From assembly GCA_965197645.1 (NCBI GenBank), contig OZ240219.1, positions 576,001 to 640,000 on the forward strand: a stretch of DNA of 64,000 nt. Reading direction: 5' to 3'. A model generated the notes under the pieces. That model did not search any database and was not told where the DNA came from. It worked only from the letters and a program-made list of their open reading frames with translations. The DNA comes from Dehalococcoidia bacterium (GTDB lineage: Bacteria; Chloroflexota; Dehalococcoidia; Plut-88900). Shown here one piece after another: positions 52,817 to 62,937 of the stretch. The first letter of the stretch is position 1, and each line of letters opens with the position of its first letter. The position numbers and the translations under genes were made by a program.

Positions 52817-52850
52817 GGGGCGGCCAAGATGTATCTTGGCCGCCCCTTCT
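52817..52850 (+). terminator. Terminator-like hairpin after the amidohydrolase
   Basis: GGGGCGGCCAAGAT-GT-ATCTTGGCCGCCCC followed by a T-rich tail. Confidence 0.7.
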
Positions 52851-52876
52851 GTGTTTTTGCCGTTGACCGAGTGGAT

Positions 52877-53234
52877 GGGGTGTGCAGAAGGGCGAAGCTC
52901 CCTTGCCGGGAGTCTGAGGGTGTCCCTCAGAAATTATCTTGATTTTTGCCCCCTTCCTGGCCAGGAAGGGGGTCAAGGGGATGGTCGCGAAAGGGTTGGC
53001 TTTGCCCTCCCACCCACCCCGAGACGTTATATCTGGGGACACATCCCCCATACCCCCTGCCAGAGGCAAGGCGAGGCCCTGCACCGATAACATGAAAGAA
53101 GAGGGGGGTGAAGCTCCGCACCTGCGGCAGGCGGAAGATAGAGCTGGCTTATGTCAAAGGGTCAACGGGTTCGGGGTAGAGTGTTAGCAGGCCGATAGAA
53201 TAAGGAGTGTGCAGAGGGGCGAAACCCCTTTACC
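52877..53234. repeat. Repeat cluster: B(+) 52877-52992, C(-) 53005-53066, partial B 53204-53234
   Basis: Direct similarity to the other copies. Confidence 0.88.
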
Positions 53235-53237
53235 GCG

Positions 53238-54170
53238 TTAGCTGGTGGCGACCTTGGAATAGGCCGGGGTGCACCAGTGCTGGTACTCCTCGTTCTTGCC
53301 CTTGATGATGTCCACGTACAGGCTTCGAAGCTTGTCTGTGATCGGCCCGACCTTGCCATCGCCTATGGGCCGGTGGTCCAGCTCGACGACTGGGGTGATG
53401 TGGGCCGCCGTTCCGGTGAGGAAAAGCTCGTCGGAGGCGTATAACTCGCTGCGGTCCACCTGCTTCTCGATGGTCTCGATGCCCAGCTCCTCGCTGGCGA
53501 TCTGGATCACAGTGCTGCGGGTGATCCCCAGCAGTACGCTGTCGGAGGTCGCCGGGGTCACCAGCTTGCCGTCTGAGACTATGAACAGGTTCTCACCGCT
53601 CCCCTCGGAGACGTGCCCCTCCTGGGTCAGCATGATCGCTTCTTCGAAACCGTTCTTCATGGCCTCGGTCTTCGCCAGGGCGCTGTTGACGTACAGCCCG
53701 GTCACCTTGGCTCTTGGCGGTATCATCGTGTCCATGGGCCGTCGCCAACTGGAGATGCAGCACCGAATTCCGTCGTCGCCCCCGAAGTAGGGGCCGAAGG
53801 GCGCCACGAACATGAAGAAATCGTTGTCCACGTCATGGGAGCGGACACCGAGCACCTCCGAGCTTTGGTACACCATCGGCCGCACGTATATGTCTTCGGT
53901 GAAACCGCACATATCCACCAGCTTCACGGCCATCTCACACAGCTCTTCGGTGGGGTACTCGAGGCTCAAGTTCATAATGCGGCAGCTCTTCCTCAGCCTG
54001 TCGAAATGCTCGGCGGAGCGGAACAGGTAAATCTGCTTGTCCTCTTCGTTCCAGTTGCCGCGAATACCTTCGAACACCGCCGTGCCATAGTTCAGGGCGT
54101 GGGTCATAATCCCCACTTTAGCTTCGGAAAGTGGTACGTAGTCCCCCTTGAAGAAGGCGAAAGGCGGCAT
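53238..54170 (-). CDS. ilvE: Branched-chain amino acid aminotransferase
   Basis: LNYGTAVFEGIR, AK..G.Y, EGSGENLF, GITR, TGTAA. Confidence 0.95.
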   Translation of the reverse strand: MPPFAFFKGDYVPLSEAKVGIMTHALNYGTAVFEGIRGNWNEEDKQIYLFRSAEHFDRLRKSCRIMNLSLEYPTEELCEMAVKLVDMCGFTEDIYVRPMVYQSSEVLGVRSHDVDNDFFMFVAPFGPYFGGDDGIRCCISSWRRPMDTMIPPRAKVTGLYVNSALAKTEAMKNGFEEAIMLTQEGHVSEGSGENLFIVSDGKLVTPATSDSVLLGITRSTVIQIASEELGIETIEKQVDRSELYASDELFLTGTAAHITPVVELDHRPIGDGKVGPITDKLRSLYVDIIKGKNEEYQHWCTPAYSKVATS

Positions 54171-54210
54171 GCGAGTGTTCTCCTGTCCCAGCTACCAGAA
54201 CGTTCAACGT

Positions 54211-54279
54211 ATGATAAATGGCTTTCGGTGAAATGACAAACTCCCCAACGTTTGACAGCCAAAAAGGCCCCACTATAGT
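54211..54279. promoter_or_regulatory. Divergent promoters for ilvE and comEA
   Basis: Minus strand TTGTCA-17-TATCAT (54239-54211); plus strand TTGACA-16-TATAGT (54252-54279). Confidence 0.65.
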
Positions 54280-54374
54280 CTTTGCCTGTTCTAAGTCCCG
54301 TGGAAGGAGAATCGGGATGATCGGGTATGAGCAGCGGGCCGGTCTCTTGGCGGACTGACGGTGGCATAACCGCA

Positions 54375-54923
54375 ATGACGCATCGAAGCATCCCTCACAC
54401 ACTGCTCCTCATTCTCGTTTCTTGCAGCGTCGTGGCTATTGCCGCGGTCTCCGGCTGCGGTGACGGCAATGGGATAGAGATCATCCTCCCTTCCCAATCG
54501 ACACCCCAGGAACTGGTGGTCTACATCACCGGCGAAGTGGTCAACCCAGGCGTCTATACCCTCGACCCGACCTCGGACCGCGTTGTCCACGCCATCGAGG
54601 CGGCGGGAGGCTTCACTGGGTCGGCGGACGTAGATGGCATCAACCTGGCAGCGAGGCTGACCGATGGCCAGCACATCAAAGTGCCGGCCGTCGGCGATAG
54701 CCCATCTCCGGCGGAGCAGACCGAGGGTTCGCTGATCGATATCAACACCGCCTCCCCGGAACTGCTGCAGACCCTGACGGGCATCGGCCCGGCCAAGGCC
54801 CACGCCATAATCGACTATCGAGAGGTCCACGGCCCCTTCGCCCGCATCGAAGACATAATCAACGTCCCGGGCATCGGAGAGGCCACCTTCGAGTCGATCA
54901 AGGACCACATAACAGCGAGATGA
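54375..54923 (+). CDS. comEA: Competence DNA receptor ComEA (SLBB + HhH)
   Basis: GEVVNPGVY, AIEAAGG, ININTA-like IDINTAS, GIGPAKA, VPGIG. Confidence 0.95.
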   Translation: MTHRSIPHTLLLILVSCSVVAIAAVSGCGDGNGIEIILPSQSTPQELVVYITGEVVNPGVYTLDPTSDRVVHAIEAAGGFTGSADVDGINLAARLTDGQHIKVPAVGDSPSPAEQTEGSLIDINTASPELLQTLTGIGPAKAHAIIDYREVHGPFARIEDIINVPGIGEATFESIKDHITAR

Positions 54924-57388
54924 AGCTGGTCTATCTCAGCGCAGCGTTTCTGCTGGGGGTATTCGCCGCCTCCAGGTTGGAACCGCCAGGCCTTCCCTTC
55001 CTGATCGCCGCCGCAGCCCTGGCACCCGTGCTGTCAGGCCTCATCATAATCCGGAAACGCCCGGCGGCCCTCTGTGCTGCCGCGGCCCTGCTCCTGGCCT
55101 TTGGTCTCGCTCGTGCGGCCAGCGACGTTCCTAGCGAATCCGCACTACACCCGTATATGAATCTACCCCAGACCCAGGTGCGAGGCATCATAGATAGCTA
55201 TCCGGTGCCCCGAGACGGCCTGAGTCAGTTCTTGTTCGACGTGGAAGCGGTGAACATCGACGGCACGTGGGCCGAGGTCTCCGAGTCGGTCCTGGTGAGG
55301 GCCCGCCCCACTCCCGAGCTTGTCGGCATACGAGACCTGCCCTACTTCCGCTATGGCGACTCGTTAAGGCTCACAGGCACACTCGAGACTCCTCCGGTAC
55401 TGGGCGACTTCGACTGGCGGGACCATCTCGCCCAGGAAGGCGTCCACTCGATAATGTTCCGGCCCGAAGTAGTCTACCTGCAGGACGGCCAGGGGTTCCC
55501 GCTGATGACCTTCCTGTTCGACCTGCGAGCCCGTCTAGCTAGGAGCTTAGGCCGGACGCTGCCCGAGCCCCAGGCCTCACTCTCTCAAGCTATGGCGTTG
55601 GGACTTCGCGGCACCCTCCCCACCGAGCTGAAAGAGGACCTGGCCCGTACCGGCACCACTCACATGGTGGCTATTTCGGGACTGCACGTAGGGACTGTGG
55701 TTGGCATGGCCGGCCTGCTGCCCCGATTCCTCTTCGGCCGTGGCAGAGGCCGGGAGGTGTTCGTAGCCCTTCTGCTGCTGGTCTGGGGCTATGCACTGCT
55801 GACGGGTCTCGCTCCGCCGGTCATGAGGGCGGCGATAATGGGCAGCATCTTCCTATGGGCCACGTACTTGGGCCGCCAGCGAAGCGCCCTGCCCGCGCTG
55901 GCCGCTGCAGCGGCAGTCATGGTACTCATAGACCCGGGATCCCTGGACGAAGTCTCCTTCCAGCTCAGCTTTCTGGCGATGGCAGGCCTGATCTTGCTCG
56001 CTCCCTGGTTCAGGGTCTCCGGTCGTGCTCTCGTATCCAAGTTCCTACCTTCGGAAGGAACTGCCGCCGGCCTGGGAGTCCTGGCCATCGACGCCACAGC
56101 GATATCCCTGGCCGCCATTCTTGCTACCCTACCCGTCATAGCCTTCAACTTCCAGCAGGTAGCCCTGGTCGGTCTGCCCGCCACCCTGGCGATTCTACCC
56201 GTCCTGCCCTTTATCCTCGGCACGTCTCTGCTGGTGGGTTTCGCTGGGCTGGTCTCATCGGCACTGGCCCAGGGCCTGGGCTGGGCGGCCTGGCCGTGGC
56301 TCACCTATATGGCCGGCGCCGTCGAGCTTTTCGCCTGGGCCCCTTCCCTGTCCGTCGATGCCGGTCCCGCCTCCACCTATCTGGTATGGGCCTACTACGG
56401 GGTCGCCGCGGCCCTGCTCTGGCTGCTGAACAGAAAGCGGGGTAGATGGGTCTCAAGGCTCGGCGACCTCGACTCCGCCTGGCCTGACGTCCCTCACTCC
56501 GTGTCCGGAAGCGGGGGAGCATGGAGGTTCGCTCCCCTCTTGCTGGTCATCCCTGTGATTCTGTTCGTATCCGTCGGCCTCAGCCAACCCTCAGACCGGC
56601 TCAGGGTCACCTTTCTGGACGTTGGGCAAGGAGACGCCATCCTGGTGCAGTCGCCATCGCAAAAGACGGTCCTGATCGATGGCGGCCCCTCGCCCGCAGT
56701 CCTGGCTCTGGAGATCGGCCAGCGGCTGCCGCCGTGGGAGCGAGAGCTGGATCTCGTCATGCTCACCCACCCCGACCGGGATCACCTGGCGGGCCTCCTG
56801 GAGCTGATCACTCGATACGATGTCGGTCTGGTCGTCCAGTGTGGCCTCGACTGTGCCACCGAAGGCAATCTTTCTGGATACAGGTCCTGGCGAACCGTGC
56901 TGGATAGAGAGGGAATCGGGGTCATCGAGGCGGAGAGGGACCAGATCATCGACCTGAAGGACGGGGCCCGCATACTAGTCCTCCACCCACCACCCAATCC
57001 TCTCAGCGGCACCGAGTCCGATGGCAACAACAACTCGGTAGTCCTGCTTCTCAGCTACGGCGACGTGGCCTTCCTGCTACCCGGTGACATCGAGGCCTTC
57101 GCCGAGAGGTTCCTGGTCCGCTACAGCGACGACCTCTCGGCAACGGTGCTCAAGGTCCCTCACCACGGTAGTCGCACCTCCACAACCGCTGAGTTTCTGG
57201 CCGCGGTGGACCCCCTCTTTGCTGTGATCTCAGCCGGAGCCGACAATCCCTTCGGGCACCCCCACCCCCAGACTCTGGCGACTCTAAGGGAGCAGCTTTC
57301 CGATGCCCAGATTCTCCTCACCTCCGAACACGGCTCCATCCGGTTTGAGACCGACGGCTCCAGCCTCTGGCTATCCAACGAACGATAG
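54920..57388 (+). CDS. comEC: DNA uptake channel ComEC/Rec2
   Basis: HMVAISGLH, SFQLSF, DVGQGD, THPDRDH, KVPHHGS, FGHPH. Confidence 0.97.
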   Translation: MKLVYLSAAFLLGVFAASRLEPPGLPFLIAAAALAPVLSGLIIIRKRPAALCAAAALLLAFGLARAASDVPSESALHPYMNLPQTQVRGIIDSYPVPRDGLSQFLFDVEAVNIDGTWAEVSESVLVRARPTPELVGIRDLPYFRYGDSLRLTGTLETPPVLGDFDWRDHLAQEGVHSIMFRPEVVYLQDGQGFPLMTFLFDLRARLARSLGRTLPEPQASLSQAMALGLRGTLPTELKEDLARTGTTHMVAISGLHVGTVVGMAGLLPRFLFGRGRGREVFVALLLLVWGYALLTGLAPPVMRAAIMGSIFLWATYLGRQRSALPALAAAAAVMVLIDPGSLDEVSFQLSFLAMAGLILLAPWFRVSGRALVSKFLPSEGTAAGLGVLAIDATAISLAAILATLPVIAFNFQQVALVGLPATLAILPVLPFILGTSLLVGFAGLVSSALAQGLGWAAWPWLTYMAGAVELFAWAPSLSVDAGPASTYLVWAYYGVAAALLWLLNRKRGRWVSRLGDLDSAWPDVPHSVSGSGGAWRFAPLLLVIPVILFVSVGLSQPSDRLRVTFLDVGQGDAILVQSPSQKTVLIDGGPSPAVLALEIGQRLPPWERELDLVMLTHPDRDHLAGLLELITRYDVGLVVQCGLDCATEGNLSGYRSWRTVLDREGIGVIEAERDQIIDLKDGARILVLHPPPNPLSGTESDGNNNSVVLLLSYGDVAFLLPGDIEAFAERFLVRYSDDLSATVLKVPHHGSRTSTTAEFLAAVDPLFAVISAGADNPFGHPHPQTLATLREQLSDAQILLTSEHGSIRFETDGSSLWLSNER

Positions 57389-57461
57389 CGGCTAGGTGGG
57401 GTGTCTACTGATGCATCCGGGGGGAGGAAACGACTCTGCCGGGTTAACAGCCAGCCTGGCA

Positions 57462-57735
57462 GGATTGCCACGCCCCGACTTCGTCGAGCCTCGCAATGAT
57501 AGAGGGGGTCGTTGCGAGCGACGAGCCTGCCCGATGTCCCGCTTTCGGGGAGTCCGGAGGGCTTCCATCTGGCAGGGGATTTGGGGGATGTGCCCCCAAC
57601 TACTAACTCATTCCAAGGCGGGTCGGAGGGAAGAACCACCTGGGGTGGGGTGGGGCGAGACGATACGACTCTCCTGGGTCAACGTCCTGACCGGCTGGAT
57701 TGCCACGCCCCGACTTCGTCGAGCCTCGCAATGAC
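57462..57735. repeat. Repeat cluster: A(-) 57462-57521, C(+) 57547-57643, A(-) 57696-57735
   Basis: Two copies of GATTGCCACGCCCCGACTTCGTCGAGCCTCGCAATGA flanking a family C copy. Confidence 0.9.
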
Positions 57736-57744
57736 AAGAGAATG

Positions 57745-57780
57745 AAAAGGGGCGGCCCCGACTAGTCGGGGCCGCCCCTT
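57745..57780 (-). terminator. Intrinsic terminator of the small peptide gene
   Basis: Perfect 34-bp palindrome AAGGGGCGGCCCCGACTAGTCGGGGCCGCCCCTT (57747-57780); U-tract on the minus strand. Confidence 0.8.
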
Positions 57781-57802
57781 GAACGTACCTCAGCTATGTC
57801 GC

Positions 57803-57856
57803 CTACCTGTCCTTGGGTTTGTCGTCCGCCTTGGTGCAACCACAGCTGTCACACAT
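57803..57856 (-). CDS. 17-aa Cys-rich peptide MCDSCGCTKADDKPKDR (CxxCGC metal-binding motif)
   Basis: Manual translation; purine-rich RBS AGGAAGGGGAG upstream; TG-n-TATACT promoter (-10 at 57903-57898); downstream terminator. Confidence 0.65.
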   Translation of the reverse strand: MCDSCGCTKADDKPKDR

Positions 57857-57960
57857 CGCTTCCACTCCCCTTCCTAGGTAATCTGGACTAACCATAAAGT
57901 ATACCAACCGGCCGGTAAACTCAACCTTCGGTTAAGGAAACTGTTCGATACCGGTTTCGA

Positions 57961-58062
57961 CCCTCCCCCTGACCCCCTCCCTAGCCAGGGAGAGGGAAGA
58001 TGTTAATTCTGGGGGATACCCCCTGACCCCCAACAAAGGGGCTTCGCCCCTCTGGACTCCCC
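57961..58062 (-). repeat. Diverged family B repeat
   Basis: Reverse complement reads GGGGAGTCCAGAGGGGCGAAGCCCCTTTG...CCCTCTCCCTGGCTAGGGAGGGG. Confidence 0.8.
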
Positions 58063-58135
58063 TATCAAGTCGAGTCGTCACACACCCTCGGATTAGCCAA
58101 GCGGGCAGTTCGCGGTATGCCGCTGAGCTCGTTCT

Positions 58136-59242
58136 TCAGTCCTGAAATATGTCCAGAGGCAGGAAGGCCGACACCACCACGTTCGGCAGGTCCACAACCT
58201 CGCTCAACTTCAAGTCCACCGCCACGCTGCAGATCACATACGCCTGCTCCCGGGACCAGCCCCTGTCCACCAGCACGTCGATCATGTTCACCAGCGCCTG
58301 ACGGGCCGCCAGGGTCACGTTCTCCGACTCGTTTCTACCGCCTCGAATCGGCATGCCGGTGGTTGCCAGGAACCGCTTGGGCGCCGCCATCTCCGGCGAG
58401 ATGAAGTAATCGTCCGCCTCGAACATGGGAAACCGGACTCCCTTTCGCTCGGCTTCTCCCCCTCGAACGCTGAACCGCACCGTCGGCGTGGCCGACATCT
58501 CCACCGCCGTACCGCAGCACTCGCTGTCTCCCTGGGCGAAGTGTCCATCTCCCACCGAAAACAGGGCCCCTTCGACGAACACGGGGCACAGCAATCGTGT
58601 GCCGGCGGTCAGATGTTTGATGTCCAGGTTCCCACCGTTCTCGCGGGGCGGCATGGTGCGCAGCCCCTCATTGGCGACAGGCCCTGTCGAGGGCACGGCC
58701 CCGGCCGGGTCGGGAGGCAGTGCGATCTCACCCCGCTCCTCCGTTTCCCTCTCCCTTCTGGTCGCCTCCTCCAGCAGCTCCCTGGAAGGTGCCACGCCTA
58801 TCGTGCCCATGAACGAACCGTTGGGCACTCTCACGCCGGGCAGGTCCGGTGACGTGGCGTATTGACCATCGATGTCCCACTTGACCAGGAAGGGCTCCAG
58901 GTAGAGGTCGCGCAGGAACCCGAAGGAGGGCAATATGCTGGTGAACCCCCAACGGGCCGGCTCGACGTGCCTTATCTCGATCTCCAGCAGATCGCCGGGC
59001 CGGGCGCCCTTCACATAGACGGGACCCGTAAGGGGGTGCACCACCCCTCGGTCGATGCCGTTCAGGTTCGCAGCTGTGGAATCGGGGCCTATCTGGCCGT
59101 CCAACGCGTCCCGGCACTGGAGGGCCGCCTCTTCCCCCTGCTCCACCTCCACCACAGGCGTGACGTCCGGGTGCCAGCGGTTGTGCCCCTTGTCCGGCTC
59201 ATCGGCGGCCTTCTTGGCCAGGTCCATCTCGATGGTCTTCAT
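58136..59242 (-). CDS. Acetamidase/formamidase family protein
   Basis: HNRWHPD, HPLTGP, PRENGGNLD, GDGHFAQGDSE..GTAVE. Confidence 0.93.
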   Translation of the reverse strand: MKTIEMDLAKKAADEPDKGHNRWHPDVTPVVEVEQGEEAALQCRDALDGQIGPDSTAANLNGIDRGVVHPLTGPVYVKGARPGDLLEIEIRHVEPARWGFTSILPSFGFLRDLYLEPFLVKWDIDGQYATSPDLPGVRVPNGSFMGTIGVAPSRELLEEATRRERETEERGEIALPPDPAGAVPSTGPVANEGLRTMPPRENGGNLDIKHLTAGTRLLCPVFVEGALFSVGDGHFAQGDSECCGTAVEMSATPTVRFSVRGGEAERKGVRFPMFEADDYFISPEMAAPKRFLATTGMPIRGGRNESENVTLAARQALVNMIDVLVDRGWSREQAYVICSVAVDLKLSEVVDLPNVVVSAFLPLDIFQD

Positions 59243-59309
59243 GCATTCCTCCATTCAGGAGATAACGGGAGCGTTCTCCAACCTTCGCACCGGACCCGTC
59301 CGATCCTCG

Positions 59310-60251
59310 CTAAAACACGGCGATGGGGTTGATCGGCGACCCTGTGCCCGCTTTGATGCGTAACGGCGCAATGTTCAGCATGAACTCCCACCTGTTTCTC
59401 TCCGCACACGCCTCCCCTACCTGCTCCAAGTTCATGTTGTCGATGAGCCAGATGCCCAGGGTGGGGATGCCGATCTGGTGGACCGCTTCGTCCAGGCCTT
59501 CGTATCCGCTGGGGTCCATGTCGTTGTTGGTGTCGGATCCCAGCATGGCGATGTCCCGCTCTCGGAACCAGGGGATGCAGGCGGCATGGGTTCCGGGGTG
59601 AGGCAGCGTCAGGTCGAGAGGGCCGTCGCCGTAGTGCCTGCCCAGGTGCCCGGTCCTGACCATCAGGATATCGCCCGGCTCCACCCGTACCCCCTGGGCC
59701 TCCTCCGCTGCCTCCAGGTCTTCGGGCAGAATGGCTGCCGCTCCTTCGAGCCACTTGACGCCTCGAAGCCGGGCTATGTCCAGCAGCACGCCCCTCGTCA
59801 CCACCCCATCTTCCAGCAGCTCCACCGACTCCACCTCCGCCCCGTCGGCGACGTTCACCAGTTTGGCCGAGTGGCCATTGTACGTTTGGCCGTCTCGGAA
59901 GACGTGGCAAATGGCGTCGACGTGGGTCACGCTGTAGCCGTGATACTCGATGCCGAAGAAGTCACCCGACCAGCCATGAGACCCCTTTTCGCCCGGATTG
60001 AGGGCCTCTCCCGTGTCGGTCATGTAGTGGATGAACTTGGACATCGGTTCGCCGGGCATGCTCTTCTGTATCGGCCAGGCGCAGGACACAGACACCCCGT
60101 CCCGGACGAGGCCAGCGGCCTGCTTGCGCTTTTCGGGGGTAACCAGGTTTACCGTCCCGAGCTGGTCATCGGGTCCCCACCTCCCCCAGTTGGAACAGGT
60201 ATCGGTGTAGGCCAGTACGTCCTCTTTCGTAGGCAATGCTCTGTCGTTCAT
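59310..60251 (-). CDS. Cyclase family protein (paralog of 1712-2569)
   Basis: SNWGRWGPDDQLGTVN, THVDAICH, VRTG, GTGSPINP. Confidence 0.9.
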   Translation of the reverse strand: MNDRALPTKEDVLAYTDTCSNWGRWGPDDQLGTVNLVTPEKRKQAAGLVRDGVSVSCAWPIQKSMPGEPMSKFIHYMTDTGEALNPGEKGSHGWSGDFFGIEYHGYSVTHVDAICHVFRDGQTYNGHSAKLVNVADGAEVESVELLEDGVVTRGVLLDIARLRGVKWLEGAAAILPEDLEAAEEAQGVRVEPGDILMVRTGHLGRHYGDGPLDLTLPHPGTHAACIPWFRERDIAMLGSDTNNDMDPSGYEGLDEAVHQIGIPTLGIWLIDNMNLEQVGEACAERNRWEFMLNIAPLRIKAGTGSPINPIAVF

Positions 60252-60282
60252 GGTCAATCCCTCCTTGATAGGGGAGTAGCAA

Positions 60283-60374
60283 TTTGTTCCCACTCGCCCG
60301 CCCTGGGACGGTTTTGTGACTGGGGGCACATCCCCCATGCCCCTGCCGGAGGGAAGTTTCCCTCCGAACTCCCT
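60283..60374 (-). repeat. Family C repeat
   Basis: Reverse complement reads GGGAGTTCGGAGGGAAACTTCCCTCCGGCAGGGGCATGGGGGATGTGCCCCC. Confidence 0.88.
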
Positions 60375-60419
60375 CAATGAATGATTCCGACACAAGTCCT
60401 CAGGGAAGATTCTGATTCC

Positions 60420-61613
60420 TTACTTGCTCATCACCACCGTCGGCAGCTTGGACAGCATCTCCAGGCCGGTCTCCGTCATAACGAAGGTATCGATGAGGCC
60501 CACGGCTCGGGTGTCCTCATCGCTGGAGAAGATTTCGTAGTTGGTCACGAAACCGGGCTCCATCGGTTCGTCCACGAACCCTCCGCCGACGACCCGAGTG
60601 TGTCCCACCCAGTCCGGCGGCAGCGATAGGCCCACGTCGTACCCACCCCGGGCCACCTCGCCGGTAAGGCCCAGCGACGCCAGATACTCGTCGATGGCCC
60701 TACCGATGGCGGTGGGAGGATCGCCCCGCTTCACCTTGTCCTGCACGTAGGGGATGCTGTCCGCCAGCGCCTTCATCCGGTCCGTGGCCCTATCGCTGGG
60801 CTGGCCCAGGCACAGGAATCGGCACAGATCGGCATGGTATCGATTGTAGACGCCGCAGACGTCGGCGAACAGGGTCTCGCCCGCCTGCATTTGCATCCGC
60901 GTCGAAGGCTTGTGGGGCATCCTGAACCCCTCTTTGCTGACGACACACCTGATGGCCGTTTCCTCGCCTCCCGCTTTGGCCATGGCGTACTGCATCGCGC
61001 CGTTGAGCTCCAGCTCCGATACCCCCGGCTCGGCGGCGTCCAGTCCGGCCTGGATGCCGATGTCCGCTATCTCCGCCGCCTTCCTGACGCAGGCTACCTC
61101 CAGCGGCGATTTGGTCAACCCCACCGTGTCCACTATCCAGGAGCCGTCCACCACTTTGGCTCCGGCCTCCGACATCCGCTCTTCCATCCTCTGCATCATC
61201 GCCGGTGACGGAGCGAAGGCCCACTTCTCCAACCCGATGGTGCCCTTCAGCAGCCCACGGTCCTTCATCGAGTCGATTACCGTGTCCAGCTGGGGGCCCG
61301 TTGGATGGAAGGGAAAGGTGGCATAGAAGACCGCCTCGTCTATGTAGCAGAACTCGTTGGCCATCCTATCGTGGTAGGAGTCGAAGAAGAGGACCTTCTC
61401 CGAATCGGCCCGGATGATGACGCCAGTCGGCGAGGCGTGGTAGAACCAGATGATATCGAACCCGGTCAGATAGGTGATATTCCTCGGCGAGCTGACGTAC
61501 AGGGTATCGATCCCCCGCTGCGACATCCTCTCCCGCACCTTTCGCCTGCGCTCGTCATACTCTTCGTTTGGGAAGACCGCTCCAAAGGGTCTCTCGTTGG
61601 GAAGCTCAGCCAT
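60420..61613 (-). CDS. M24/creatinase-fold hydrolase (ectoine hydrolase DoeA-like)
   Basis: F..EEY..R, YLTGF, KSPLE, GYDVGLSLPPDW; metal-ligand His and Glu substituted. Confidence 0.8.
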   Translation of the reverse strand: MAELPNERPFGAVFPNEEYDERRRKVRERMSQRGIDTLYVSSPRNITYLTGFDIIWFYHASPTGVIIRADSEKVLFFDSYHDRMANEFCYIDEAVFYATFPFHPTGPQLDTVIDSMKDRGLLKGTIGLEKWAFAPSPAMMQRMEERMSEAGAKVVDGSWIVDTVGLTKSPLEVACVRKAAEIADIGIQAGLDAAEPGVSELELNGAMQYAMAKAGGEETAIRCVVSKEGFRMPHKPSTRMQMQAGETLFADVCGVYNRYHADLCRFLCLGQPSDRATDRMKALADSIPYVQDKVKRGDPPTAIGRAIDEYLASLGLTGEVARGGYDVGLSLPPDWVGHTRVVGGGFVDEPMEPGFVTNYEIFSSDEDTRAVGLIDTFVMTETGLEMLSKLPTVVMSK

Positions 61614-61732
61614 ATCGCACCTCCTGGTTATCGTTCCGGCAAGCTGAAGTATATCCGGTCGAAACAGCGCTATCCAGGCCTTTCGAGCGGGACGCCCGCC
61701 CCGATATGCTATCCTATCGGCGGTGCTCCTCC

Positions 61733-62830
61733 ATGCCCGATCAGCTCAAAACCACCCCTCTCCACTCCACCCACACGGCTCTGGGCGCCCAGATGATCGA
61801 TTTCGCCGGGTGGGAGATGCCGGCCCAGTACGATAGCGCGGTGCGGGAGCACCGCTCCGTTCGCGCCCACGCCGGCGTGTTCGACGTCTCTCACATGGGC
61901 AGAATATACGTTGAAGGCGAGGGGGGCGCCCGGCTGCTGGACCGGGTCCTGACCGCCAACGTACTCGCGCTGGAGGAGGGCCGGGCCAAATACTGCTTCG
62001 CCTGCCGGGAGGACGGAGGCGTGCTGGACGATATGATCGTATACCGGCTCGGCCCGCAGCGGCACCTGGTAGTCCCCAACGCCTCCAATCGAGAGAGGAT
62101 ACTAGCAGCCCTCGAGGAACAGGAATCGGGTATCGGAAACTGCACCATCTCCGACCGCAGCGAAGAGACGGCCATGATCGCCCTCCAGGGGCCTCGATCG
62201 CTGGATATCCTGAAGAGCATCACCTCAAAGCCCCTGGACATCCCTTCCCCGTTCCGCTGTACCTGCACCGACGTGATGGACACGAACATGCTTGTGGCCA
62301 GGACCGGCTACACCGGCGAGGATGGGGTCGAGCTGGTCATGGACTCCCAAGCGGCACCCCGGCTGTGGCAGGCCCTGACCGATGCCGGCGCCGCTCCCTG
62401 TGGCCTTGTGGCCCGGGACAGCTTACGTCTGGAGGCTGCCCTTCGTCTCTACGGCAACGATATGGACGCTAGCACCAACCCCTACGAGGTAGGCCTGGGA
62501 AGGTTCGTGGACCTGGACAAGGGGGACTTCGTGGGGAAGGAGGCGCTGGCCAGAGTCAAAGCGGCGGGGCCCTCCAGACGGCTAGCCGGCTTCGAGATGG
62601 TAGGCAGAGGGGTGCCCAGGCACGGCTTCGACATCATTCTGGGAACCGAGGTGGTGGGGCAAGTCACCAGCGGCGGGTACTCGCCCACCCTGAACAAGAA
62701 CATCGGGCTGGGCTTTGTGCCTCCCACCGCTGCCGAGAAGGGCACGGATCTGTCCATCGATATCCGCGGCCGCCAAGTGGAGGCGCGAGTCGTCTCACTC
62801 CCCTTCTACCGACGGCCCAAGCCCGCCTGA
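61733..62830 (+). CDS. gcvT: Glycine cleavage system T protein
   Basis: FAGWEMP, FDVSHMG, RTGYTGEDG, RDSLRLEA. Confidence 0.97.
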   Translation: MPDQLKTTPLHSTHTALGAQMIDFAGWEMPAQYDSAVREHRSVRAHAGVFDVSHMGRIYVEGEGGARLLDRVLTANVLALEEGRAKYCFACREDGGVLDDMIVYRLGPQRHLVVPNASNRERILAALEEQESGIGNCTISDRSEETAMIALQGPRSLDILKSITSKPLDIPSPFRCTCTDVMDTNMLVARTGYTGEDGVELVMDSQAAPRLWQALTDAGAAPCGLVARDSLRLEAALRLYGNDMDASTNPYEVGLGRFVDLDKGDFVGKEALARVKAAGPSRRLAGFEMVGRGVPRHGFDIILGTEVVGQVTSGGYSPTLNKNIGLGFVPPTAAEKGTDLSIDIRGRQVEARVVSLPFYRRPKPA

Positions 62831-62937
62831 ATTGACAGCGGCCCCCCTGCTTGTCATTCTGTCCAGTGACGCTGCGGTCATCTCCAGGGAACACTTAGCC
62901 GGCGGGCTGCTCTGAACCGTGCAACGTGGGAGGCGCC

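Noticed and set aside
62831-62937. Glycine riboswitch before gcvH
   Set aside because: Only weak CTCCAGG/CTCTG resemblance, lacking the GGAGA/CCGAAG core; the region is better explained by a TTGACA-17-CATTCT internal promoter
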